Assembly (NCBI GenBank): GCA_021811265.1
Contig: JAJZPH010000002.1
Span: 14,821-78,820, forward strand
Length of the DNA stretch: 64,000 bases
Origin: a bacterium
Lineage (GTDB): Bacteria > Chlamydiota > Chlamydiia > Chlamydiales > SM23-39
Direction: 5' to 3'
Positions 9,324 to 17,686 of the stretch are shown here, piece after piece (position 1 is the first letter of the stretch; each line of letters opens with the position of its first letter). Under the pieces are notes generated by a model. That model saw only the letters and a list, made by a program, of their open reading frames with translations, ran no database searches and was not told the origin of the DNA. The position numbers were made by a program, and so were the translations under genes.

Positions 9324-9920
9324 TGAGGGTCTTTTGTCCTGCTTTCTCCGTTTCCTTTATGTTGAACCCAATAGTTGTTTCCTCGCTTGATAAAGATTTG
9401 CAAGAGCCGCCAACACCTGCCAATGGATTCGATTTTTCTTGAGTCCCCGATACCGGGTTTTAGCGTGCCCCCAAAGATTTTTTATCACATGAAAGATAAA
9501 TTCCACCTTGCATCGAACTCCGGATAAAAGTCGGTTTTTCTTCTTTTGCCTTTCCGAGAGCTGTTTTCCTTGTTTGCGACGATCCAAGACTCCCCAAAAT
9601 ACTTCTGCTTCTCGAGCGTAATGTTTTTCTTTGTCGCTGCAATATGCTTTGTCTCCGAAAATTGCTTCTTCTTGACCATGTAGTAATTCGGGATAGATCT
9701 TTATGTCTGCGTCTTTAGCTGTGGTCTCTACCAGGGAATGATTTGATCCATTTCTTGCAAAAACTGTTCGGAACGAATTGTTTTTTTCTTAGGGGCAAGG
9801 GAAGCAAAACTCAGCTCAAACATAAGAACCTTCAGCAATTGCCCATAGAGGTTATCAAAAAAATGTTTGTCGGAGAAATAATTTAACTTGGTTTTAACGA
9901 GACTTGTTCAGAGACTCCTT
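9324..9920 (-). mobile_element. IS5-family element, internal-deletion derivative A (start of the transposase gene plus its C-terminal third)
   Basis: The minus strand reads MFELSFASLAPKKKTIRSEQFLQEMDQIIPW, then a junction and stop. It resumes with ...AIFGDKAYCS...LLSGVRCKVEFIFHVIKNLWGHAKTRYRGLKKN...LANLYQARKQLL. The ends match copy B at ...aaggagtctc and ...gacaaaagaccctca. Confidence 0.8.
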
Positions 9921-9990
9921 GAACAACGCATCCAAAGCGACTTATATTTTTTATTTGCTTTTTTTGTAGCGTATGCGCTACAATTAGCCC

Positions 9991-10338
9991 ATGAATATCG
10001 ACGTTCTTTATCTTGAAATAGCAAATGGAAAGTCGCCCTTTCTCGAATGGGAGAAAAAGCTGGATACTGGGGTCAGAGCAACAATTAGAATCCGAATCAA
10101 TCGCATTCGACTCGCAGACTATGGCGACTGCAAATCCATCAAAGGAACGCCAGGCCTTTATGAGCTTCGAATTCATGTTGGTCCGGGTTATAGGATCTAC
10201 TTCGGGAAAATAAAAGAAACTCTTGTCATTATTTTATCCGCTAGTGATAAGGGGTCTCAAGAGCGCGATATCAACAAGGCCAAGGATTATTGGCGATTAT
10301 ATAAAGAATCGCTCAAAAACAGGGGAAAAAATGGTTAA
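9991..10338 (+). CDS. addiction-module killer protein (HigB/RelE-superfamily, HI1419-type)
   Basis: 115 aa. FLEWEKKLD...RINRIRLADYGDCKSIKG..LYELRIHVGPGYRIYF...SASDKGSQERDI matches the family pattern as I remember it. It overlaps the antitoxin gene by 8 nt (ATGGTTAA). Confidence 0.85.
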   Translation: MNIDVLYLEIANGKSPFLEWEKKLDTGVRATIRIRINRIRLADYGDCKSIKGTPGLYELRIHVGPGYRIYFGKIKETLVIILSASDKGSQERDINKAKDYWRLYKESLKNRGKNG

Positions 10339-10642
10339 AGCAAAAAATTATAAAGAACATCTCTTAAAGCAATTGCAAAAACCTGAAGAAGCTGCAGCAT
10401 ATCTTAATGCAGCACTTAACGATGATGATCCTCATGTTTTTCTTCTAGCATTGCGAGATATTGCTGAAGCCAAAGGCGGCATGAACTGGCTGGCCGAACA
10501 AGCTGATTTAAATAGAGAAAATCTTTATCGCACCCTCTCTTTGAAAGGGAATCCTCGCTTTTTCAATATTCTTGCAGTTTTCGAAGCAATTGGGCTACAG
10601 CTAACCATTCAAGCAAAATGCAGAAGGACCATCCATGCCTAA
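10331..10642 (+). CDS. addiction-module antidote protein (HigA-like HTH, HI1420-type)
   Basis: 103 aa from the internal ATG at 10331. AAYLNAALNDDDP..LLALRDIAEAKGGMNWLAEQADLNRENLYRTLSLKGNPRF..IGLQL. The track ORF starts earlier (10223), inside the toxin gene. Confidence 0.85.
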   Translation: MVKAKNYKEHLLKQLQKPEEAAAYLNAALNDDDPHVFLLALRDIAEAKGGMNWLAEQADLNRENLYRTLSLKGNPRFFNILAVFEAIGLQLTIQAKCRRTIHA

Positions 10643-10770
10643 AAAAGACCACTGGATGGCCACTAACGCCTCAAAAGTGGCAATAAATCGCCAAAGATTA
10701 CAATAGATCGAAATGTCTCAAGTCGCTTAAACTTCTTCTGTTAGTTATTGCGAATTATTGCTAAGAGAAG

Positions 10771-10824
10771 GGACACCGCGGACTCATAACCCGTCGGTCC
10801 CAGGTTCAAGTCCTGGTTGCCCCA
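10771..10824 (+). pseudogene. tRNA 3' fragment (CAT anticodon; Met/Ile2-like), lacking the 5' acceptor and D arm
   Basis: An anticodon stem-loop gcgga-ctCATaa-cccgt, a variable loop and a perfect T arm ccagg-ttcaagt-cctgg plus ttgcccc-a are present. No complementary ggggcaa acceptor strand or canonical D arm lies upstream. Confidence 0.5.
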
Positions 10825-11118
10825 CTTCTTTATGTGACTTTCCGACAACATCTTGTGGTTTTTCGTTTAAATTTGTTTTTGAACAAAAATCTCTGATGGA
10901 GCAAAACTGGTGCAGTAAAAAACAATCTTAACGAGCACTATCCAGTCACTCAAACCTAGCAAAAGGAGTTTGAGTATGGCGTCCATCTACAAAAGAAATA
11001 ACCAAAAAATAATCGCTATGCCTTAGCATCAATTTGATGTGACATTGCATAGATAGATCATTACCTCTTCTCACAAACGGTCGATCTTGATAATGCAAAA
11101 GCCATCAGAAAATACGCT

Positions 11119-11595
11119 CTAAAAGCCAATCCCCAAAGACACGCTACCCAATGAGTTTTTGAGAGCAAACGTACTATAGTGGCCAGCAAATCTCGGATAA
11201 GTAAAGTCAGCCTGTGCAAACAGAAAAAATTTGCTTTTTGAAAAAAATTCACATCCTCCTGTAAAAACAGGCCCTACTCCCCAAACACCAGCATTCACTC
11301 CAACTCCGCAATATACTCCTTGCGTTTGTGGATAATAAAGAAAAGATCCCTTGGCATATGGCAATCCACCTATTTGGCCACAGATCGAAATCAAAAAAGA
11401 ATGTAAGGAAATATCGCCACCTATTTTTTCCTTATGATATCGATATCCGATGCCAAGCGTTGGAGTAGTGTCCCCATCGAAAAACAGACATCCAGGAGTG
11501 ATATAGAATCGATTTTTTACAATATCGGTGTTTTGCGAAAACAAAAAAACGGGGGAAAATATTGCAAGAAAATAAAATTTTTTGAAAACTTTCAT
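11119..11595 (-). CDS. small outer-membrane beta-barrel protein (OmpW/opacity-like size class)
   Basis: Signal peptide MKVFKKFYFLAIFSPVFLFSQ, alternating Gly/aromatic-rich strands, and a C-terminal ...SLGIGF ending in Phe. Confidence 0.55.
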   Translation of the reverse strand: MKVFKKFYFLAIFSPVFLFSQNTDIVKNRFYITPGCLFFDGDTTPTLGIGYRYHKEKIGGDISLHSFLISICGQIGGLPYAKGSFLYYPQTQGVYCGVGVNAGVWGVGPVFTGGCEFFSKSKFFLFAQADFTYPRFAGHYSTFALKNSLGSVSLGIGF

Positions 11596-11654
11596 AAAAT
11601 TCTCGAAAGATAAAAAAGTATACCTACTCCCCGTTTTAGGTCCACTTTTAAGTT

Positions 11655-12345
11655 AAGGAGTCTCCGAACAGTTTTTGCAAGAAATGGATCAAATCATTCC
11701 CTGGGAACGACTCATCACACTAATCAAACCTCATTATCCCAAGGCAGGCAATGGCAGAAAGCCAATGGATTTGCTTTTAATGCTTCGTCTTTATTGCTTG
11801 CAGCAATGGTATAACCTCAGCGATCCATCGCTGGAAGAAGCAGTTTATGATCGCATTTCTTTTCAGCGTTTTTTGCGAGTGGACTTGATGCTCGATAGGA
11901 TCCCAGACGAAACCACCATTCTACACTTCCGCCACCTGCTTGAAAAAAATGGCCTTACAGAAGAGATTTTTCAAAGCATCAATGAACACTTGCAAGACAA
12001 AGGCCTTCTCATGAAGAAGGGAACGATTGTCGATGCCACTATCATCCGCAGTCCAAGCAGCACAAAGAATCAAGAACAAAAACGTGATCCAGAAATGAGT
12101 TCTACAAGAAAGAATGGTCAGTACTATTTTGGCATGAAGGTTCATGCAGGAGTGGATGCAAGGTGGAATTTATCTTTCATGTGATAAAAAATCTTTGGGG
12201 GCGCGCTAAAACCCGGTATCGGGGACTCAAGAAAAATCGAAGCCATTGGCAGATGTTGGCGGCTCTTGCAAATCTTTATCAAGCGAGGAAACAACTATTA
12301 GGTTCAACATAAAGGAAACGGAGAAAGCAGGACAAAAGACCCTCA
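11655..12345 (+). mobile_element. IS5-family element, deletion derivative B (N-terminal half of the transposase fused out of frame to the last ~45 codons)
   Basis: The ORF at 11675-12184 reads QEMDQIIPWERLITLIKPHYPKAGNGRKP...YNLSDPSLEEAVYDR...GMKVHAGVDA and then jumps into ...VIKNLWGRAKTRYRGLKKN...LYQARKQLL. It lacks the first ~20 codons. Both ends are shared with copy A, in inverted orientation. Confidence 0.8.
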
Positions 12346-12552
12346 AAGAAGCGTAAGAAAAAGGAGTTTTTTAGAAATTTTTTACGAAAAATTTTGAAAT
12401 TCGAGTTAAAAAAATCTGTTTTTTGATGTTGACTAGCTAACAGGGGCTTCTTCAGAGCTTCCTTAAGTTGGCTTGCACGTAATAAAAGATTTTTCAAGAA
12501 GATTGCTCTTGAGATATACTGCTGTTTCGAACTTTTTATTAAAGGATAGCAG

Positions 12553-12852
12553 ATGGAAGTGCAAGTCTATATTTTGTTCTCTTTTGTTTTGATTCTGGCC
12601 ATCTTTGTGGGATTTGAGGTGATCTCTAAGGTTCCCTCTATTTTACATACCCCTCTGATGTCGGAAACCAATGCCATTTCCGGTATTACACTGGTGGGCG
12701 CTTTTTTGGCTGCTGCCAAGCCCTTTTCTTTTGCTTCTGCTTTGGCTCTCGCTGCCATCTTTTTTGCGACGATCAACGTTGTCGGAGGATATCTTGTCAC
12801 CGATCGCATGTTGACCATGTTTAAGAAAAAACCTACCGGAGAAAAGAAATGA
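12553..12852 (+). CDS. pntAB: NAD(P) transhydrogenase subunit alpha part 2
   Basis: 99 aa with three TM helices and the typical ...INVVGGYLVTDRMLTMFKKK tail. ATGA overlap with pntB. Confidence 0.9.
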   Translation: MEVQVYILFSFVLILAIFVGFEVISKVPSILHTPLMSETNAISGITLVGAFLAAAKPFSFASALALAAIFFATINVVGGYLVTDRMLTMFKKKPTGEKK

Positions 12853-14219
12853 ATCCCGACGTTGTCATTAACCTTGCCTATCTTGTCTCGTGTGTGAGCT
12901 TTATCTTTGGATTGAAAATGCTGCAATCTCCTCTGACGGCGCGCAAGGGAAATGCAATTTCTGCCGCTGGCATGCTGCTCGCGGCCTTTGCCACGAGTAT
13001 GAATAGAGAAGCGCTTCCCTATCTCTGGAGTTTTTTGATCTTTTTAGCAGGCGGCTCTTTGATTGGAATTTTTGCTGCAAAAAGAGTCAAAATGACTGCC
13101 ATGCCTGAAATGGTGGCACTTCTGCATGGATTTGGAGGATTGGCCAGCATGCTGGTCGGATGGTCGATTTACCACGCAACGCCCGATCTTTCTCTCTTTA
13201 CCAGCATCGATGTTTTTTTATCTATTTTCATCGGAGGAGTGACTTTTACTGGAAGTATGGTTGCCTGGGCCAAGCTCAGCGAAAAGCTCCCGGGCCGGCC
13301 CCTTGTTTTTTCTTGGCAGAAGTTTTTTAATCTTTCCTTGATTGCTCTTGTGATCGTTTTGGGAGTCTTTTATTGCACCGATCCCAAAGAGAGCTATTTT
13401 CTTCTTTTGTGGGTTATTTTGGGATCGCTTTTCTTGGGAGTGACGATGATCATTCCCATTGGCGGCGCCGATATGCCGGTAGTGATTTCTCTGCTCAATA
13501 GCTATTCGGGACTTGCCGCTTGTACAGTAGGACTTGTGCTGGAGAATAACCTGTTGATTGTTTCTGGAGCACTTGTAGGAGCCAATGGAGTCATTCTCTC
13601 TTCTATTATGTGTAAAGCTATGAATCGTTCTCTTGCCCATATTCTTTTTAGTGGTTTTAGCAGCAGCGATATCCAAGGCCAAAAGCAGCAAATGGGAGAG
13701 ATCAAAACGATGACGCCGCAAGATGCCTATTTTGTCCTGGAGGCAGCAAAATCGGTCGTGATCGTTCCTGGCTACGGACTTGCAGTGGCGCAAGCACAAC
13801 ACCTTGTCAGGGAATTGGAAGAAAGGCTCGAAGAGAATGGAGCGGAAGTACAATTTGCTATCCATCCCGTGGCGGGAAGGATGCCCGGCCATATGAATGT
13901 CCTTCTTGCAGAAGCCAACGTTCCCTATGATCGTCTCATAGAAATGGAAGATATCAATCGGACGATGTCGAATGTGGATGTCTGCATGGTGATTGGGGCT
14001 AATGATGTGGTCAATACATCGGCAAGAGATGATGCGAAAAGCCCAGTGTATGGAATGCCCATCATCGAAGTAGATAGGGCAAAACATGTGTTTGTTCTGA
14101 AGCGTTCTATGTCCACGGGGTTTGCGGGCATTGAAAATCCGCTCTTTTATAAGGAAAATACCACCATGATTTTTGGAGATGCTAAAGAGACTTTGCAGGC
14201 GATTATCGCAGAATTTTGA
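12849..14219 (+). CDS. pntB: NAD(P) transhydrogenase subunit beta
   Basis: 456 aa. A multi-TM N-terminal half and a C-terminal dIII domain with VPGYGLAVAQAQH, HPVAGRMPGHMNVLLAEA and VIGANDVVN. Confidence 0.92.
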   Translation: MNPDVVINLAYLVSCVSFIFGLKMLQSPLTARKGNAISAAGMLLAAFATSMNREALPYLWSFLIFLAGGSLIGIFAAKRVKMTAMPEMVALLHGFGGLASMLVGWSIYHATPDLSLFTSIDVFLSIFIGGVTFTGSMVAWAKLSEKLPGRPLVFSWQKFFNLSLIALVIVLGVFYCTDPKESYFLLLWVILGSLFLGVTMIIPIGGADMPVVISLLNSYSGLAACTVGLVLENNLLIVSGALVGANGVILSSIMCKAMNRSLAHILFSGFSSSDIQGQKQQMGEIKTMTPQDAYFVLEAAKSVVIVPGYGLAVAQAQHLVRELEERLEENGAEVQFAIHPVAGRMPGHMNVLLAEANVPYDRLIEMEDINRTMSNVDVCMVIGANDVVNTSARDDAKSPVYGMPIIEVDRAKHVFVLKRSMSTGFAGIENPLFYKENTTMIFGDAKETLQAIIAEF

Positions 14220-14228
14220 AAGGGGGCG

Positions 14229-15284
14229 ATGATGAGAAAAATTGTTTATCTTTTCCTTCTTTTTTCTCTCTTTCTGGGAGCCGGCGGCTTTCTCCTACAT
14301 GCTTTTTGGAAAAAAAATGATGCGATATACATTGCGGCAGGTCTTTTTGTAGGCCCTTTTGGAGAAAAGGGAAATCGAAAAATCCAGCCTCTTTGCGGAT
14401 ATTATCTTCCCGATCTTTTTCGCCCCTATCATCTGAGGGTCAAAGCTCCTAAATCGTATAAGTATGACAAACTAAAAGATGCAAAAAAAATCATTATCTT
14501 TGATTTGATTTCGGATCATAAATTGGGCTCTCTCTCTTTCCAGCCTCCAGAAAAACTCTCTCTCTTCCTCTGGGAGCCTCCCTCAACCGTTCCAGAAAAT
14601 TATGACACAAACAAACACAAGCTCTTTTCAAAAATCTATACGTGGAACGACGATCTTGTAGATAACAAAAAATATTTCAAGTTCTACTATCCCTCAGCTG
14701 TGCAAATGATCCCCAATCCAACTCCCTTCGCAGAAAGAAAGCTTTGTACTCTTGTCGCCAGAAATAAAACATCTTCCCATCCCCATGAACTCTATTCTGA
14801 AAGAGAAAAGGTGATCTGCTTTTTTGAAAAAAATGCTCCGGAAGATTTTGACTTTTATGGAGAGGGGTGGGCAAAAAAAGGCTACAAAACATATAAAGGC
14901 GCTCCTGTGACGAAAGAGTGTTTACAAAGGTACAAATTCAACTTTGCTTATGAAAACATGCACAAGATCAAGGGCTATATTACGGAGAAGATTTTTGAAA
15001 GCTTTTTCTATGGCTGCGTGCCCATCTATTGGGGAGCTGACAATATCGAAAGTTACATTCCTGCAAACTGTTTCATCGATCGCCGCAAATTTTCTTCGAA
15101 CGAAGAGCTTTTTGCCTGCTTAAAAAGCATCACTGCTGAAGAGCATGCTATCTATTTGGAAAACATCCGCACCTTTTTGAAAAGTGAAAAGGCAAAACTC
15201 TTTATGCCAGAAACTTTTATCGAAACATTCAAAGATGCAGCAGGGGTGGAAAACCACGCATATAGAATCGATAACAGCAATTAA
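14229..15284 (+). CDS. GT10-family glycosyltransferase (alpha-1,3/4-fucosyltransferase-like) with N-terminal membrane anchor
   Basis: KFNFAYENMHKIKGYITEKIFESFFYGCVPIYWGA matches the GT10 FucT core motif (F.FEN....GY.TEK......G.VPIYWG). N-terminal TM IVYLFLLFSLFLGAGGFLL. Confidence 0.8.
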   Translation: MMRKIVYLFLLFSLFLGAGGFLLHAFWKKNDAIYIAAGLFVGPFGEKGNRKIQPLCGYYLPDLFRPYHLRVKAPKSYKYDKLKDAKKIIIFDLISDHKLGSLSFQPPEKLSLFLWEPPSTVPENYDTNKHKLFSKIYTWNDDLVDNKKYFKFYYPSAVQMIPNPTPFAERKLCTLVARNKTSSHPHELYSEREKVICFFEKNAPEDFDFYGEGWAKKGYKTYKGAPVTKECLQRYKFNFAYENMHKIKGYITEKIFESFFYGCVPIYWGADNIESYIPANCFIDRRKFSSNEELFACLKSITAEEHAIYLENIRTFLKSEKAKLFMPETFIETFKDAAGVENHAYRIDNSN

Positions 15285-15291
15285 GGAACTG

Positions 15292-15642
15292 CTACTCATT
15301 TCTTAATGCAAGGTTGGTCTTGCGAAAGTCGAAACCAGACTGCGCTTCCATCTCTGTTAAAATGGAGCAGCTTTCTAGCTCGCCGCAGGAACAACAGCCC
15401 TGATTTTTTTTCTTTAAAGCACATGCTCGCGCAGAACACATGGAGCAATATCCGCACTGTATTCCCTTTTTTGCTCTGCATCCAGAACAGTTGATCATTT
15501 CTCTTGTAAAAGCATGGTGGAATTTTTCGGACCACTCGGCAGCTGTTTTATCTCGAAGAGCATTGTCATCTGTTTGCAGGGCAATATATGCAGGACATTG
15601 ACTACATTCTAACCCGCAAAATCCAAGTTTGTTTTGGCGCAT
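15292..15642 (-). CDS. Cys-rich DUF3795-like protein
   Basis: 116 aa with CGLECSQCPAY, CSGC, CGYCSMC and CCSCGELESC. The pattern resembles the DUF3795 family. Confidence 0.55.
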   Translation of the reverse strand: MRQNKLGFCGLECSQCPAYIALQTDDNALRDKTAAEWSEKFHHAFTREMINCSGCRAKKGIQCGYCSMCSARACALKKKNQGCCSCGELESCSILTEMEAQSGFDFRKTNLALRNE

Positions 15643-15869
15643 GAAGACTCCCTATGTAAAGAAAAGAAAGGATACTGAAAGGGAAACCTGCTTGGCAACT
15701 CAAAATTTTTTCTCTGACACAAAAAATTAATAAAGGTATGTTATATTTTTTATTGGACGTCTTAAGTATTGGGTTTTCAAAGGGTGTCCTTTTGGGGAGA
15801 GCTTGAGGGCACAGCTCTCGAATCCTTAAGTTGGTAACGTTGCCATGACCAGCTAGCCGTGCGAGGGGT

Positions 15870-17099
15870 ATGAGAATTTTCTTTTTGTGCTTTTTGTTCT
15901 GGACTCCGTTTGTTTGGGCCTCTTCTCTTGTTCATTTGGGAGTCGATGTCTTTTTTGCAGAGGGAGGAGTAGAGCTGTTAAAAAAGAAAAAGGTTGCTTT
16001 GGTTTCCAATCATACAAGCGTGAACAGTTCTCTTGTTCCAACTTTTGAACTGTTGCGACAACATGCTAAGGAGTATCAGGTAGTAGCAATTTTTTCTCCA
16101 GAACATGGCATCACTGGCTCTGCACTTGCAGCGGAAAAAATCGATCATGAAAAGAAAGTGGGCTCCGTACCTATTTATAGCCTTTATGGATCTTTGCGAA
16201 GACCGACGGAAAAAATGCTGCAGGGAATAGATCTGATCATCTTCGACATTCAGGAGATTGGATGTAGGCCCTACACTTATGCGACCACCCTTTTTTATGT
16301 CATGGAAGAAGCAGCAAAGCAGGGAATCGAAGTGATGATTTTCGATCGCCCCAACCCCCTCGGCGGCCTGCTCGTCGATGGGCCTATGCTTCATGATGAG
16401 TGGCGCTCTTTTTTAGGGTATGTCAATGTGCCCTATTGCCACGGCATGACCATCGGAGAGCTTGCTAGCTATTTTAATGACCAATATAAGATTCAATGTG
16501 CACTCACCGTCATTCCCATGAAGGGTTGGAAGAGGCAGATGCTTTATCAGGAAACCGGACTTTTGTGGATCCCCACAAGTCCTCACATTCCAGAAGCGGA
16601 TACGCCTCTGTATTTTGCCTCTACGGGAATATTGGGCGAGCTGGATCTTGTCAGCATCGGCATTGGGTATACTTTGCCTTTCAAAGTGGTAGGCGCTCCA
16701 TGGATTGATGGGAAAAAGCTGGCAGAAGGGCTCAATCGCCAAAAGCTTCCTGGTGTCAAATTCTTACCCTTCTGCTTTCGTCCTTTTTATGGAGCCTATA
16801 AAAACCAAAATTGCTATGGAGTTCATATTCTGATTACCGAAAGGAAGAGCTATCGTCCCTTGAGTGTGCAATATGCACTCATGGGACTTTTGAAGTCGCT
16901 TTATCCCAACGAAGTGCTCAAATATTTGCAGCGCACAAGCGCAGAAAAAAAACGCCAGTTCTGCCAAGTCAATGGAAATGCAGAAATTTTGCACTTGATC
17001 GAGAATGAAAAATATGTGGCATGGAAGATCATCCAATTTGAGAAAAAAGAAAGAGAAGATTTTTTGGAAAAAAGAAAGCCCTATCTATTGTATCAGTGA
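15870..17099 (+). CDS. namZ: DUF1343 family protein (NamZ-like exo-beta-N-acetylmuramidase candidate), secreted
   Basis: Signal peptide MRIFFLCFLFWTPFVWASS. LGVDVF...VALVSNHTSV, FSPEHGI, IYSLYG, DIQEIGCRPYTY and FDRPNPLGG are typical DUF1343 blocks. Confidence 0.8.
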   Translation: MRIFFLCFLFWTPFVWASSLVHLGVDVFFAEGGVELLKKKKVALVSNHTSVNSSLVPTFELLRQHAKEYQVVAIFSPEHGITGSALAAEKIDHEKKVGSVPIYSLYGSLRRPTEKMLQGIDLIIFDIQEIGCRPYTYATTLFYVMEEAAKQGIEVMIFDRPNPLGGLLVDGPMLHDEWRSFLGYVNVPYCHGMTIGELASYFNDQYKIQCALTVIPMKGWKRQMLYQETGLLWIPTSPHIPEADTPLYFASTGILGELDLVSIGIGYTLPFKVVGAPWIDGKKLAEGLNRQKLPGVKFLPFCFRPFYGAYKNQNCYGVHILITERKSYRPLSVQYALMGLLKSLYPNEVLKYLQRTSAEKKRQFCQVNGNAEILHLIENEKYVAWKIIQFEKKEREDFLEKRKPYLLYQ

Positions 17100-17686
17100 G
17101 CTTCTGCAAATTGGTCGAGCGCGAGATTGAGCATTAATACGTTGATCCTATTTTCGCCAAAAAGAGAAAAGGTTGGTTTTTCTAAGTGTTCTAAAATGAG
17201 CGCACGTAGATCTTTTTCTTCCAAATTTCTAGCAAGAGCTACTCTGGGAAGCTGGAGAAGAGCATTTTCCAAACTAATGTGCGGGTCGAGACCGCTTGCA
17301 GAGGCTGTAATGGCATCTACAGGAACTTTAGCATCAGGTGGCAGTCGATTGATTTTTCGATAGATTTCTGCTGCTTGCTGTGTCTTTTGTTTGAGTATAG
17401 AAGAGGTGGAGGCAAGATTGCTTGCCCCTGAGTTTCTAGCATCATAGCCGTGGATTCCGGCAAAAGAGGGGCGCGGGTGAAAATAGCTATCTTTAGAAAA
17501 GTTCTGTCCGATGAGCTTGGACCCTATCAGATCGCCTTTTAGATAGACTAAAGAGCCACTTGCTTTTTTTGGAAAAAAAACTTTGCCGCAGAAAAATATG
17601 AGAGTGGGGTAAAAAAATCCAAAAAGGATCGTGAACAAGAGCAGAAGCGAAATGGAAGAAAAGAGCTTTTTGGCCATCTGTTTCAT
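17093..17686 (-). CDS. kdpC: K+-transporting ATPase subunit C
   Basis: 197 aa. N-terminal TM and SASGLDPHIS motif. 4-nt overlap with kdpB. Confidence 0.9.
   Translation of the reverse strand: MKQMAKKLFSSISLLLLFTILFGFFYPTLIFFCGKVFFPKKASGSLVYLKGDLIGSKLIGQNFSKDSYFHPRPSFAGIHGYDARNSGASNLASTSSILKQKTQQAAEIYRKINRLPPDAKVPVDAITASASGLDPHISLENALLQLPRVALARNLEEKDLRALILEHLEKPTFSLFGENRINVLMLNLALDQFAEAH

Noticed and set aside
9883-10176. 97-aa minus-strand ORF spanning the IS5 copy A terminus and the HigB-like gene
   Set aside because: It overlaps a well-supported toxin gene on the other strand and crosses the IS boundary. It is not credible as a gene.
13218-14087. 289-aa antisense ORF inside pntB
   Set aside because: The plus-strand PntB frame has strong family motifs along its whole length. 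The antisense product is His/Arg/Cys-rich with no motif. It is a typical shadow ORF.
15790-15850. GC-richer leader upstream of namZ, considered as a riboswitch or leader RNA. It has the hairpin gagagct...agctctc, and the 12-mer tccttaagttgg also occurs at 12460-12471 upstream of pntAB.
   Set aside because: I cannot match it to any riboswitch or ncRNA consensus I know. A shared 12-mer in two places is weak evidence. It would need covariance-model (Rfam) scanning.
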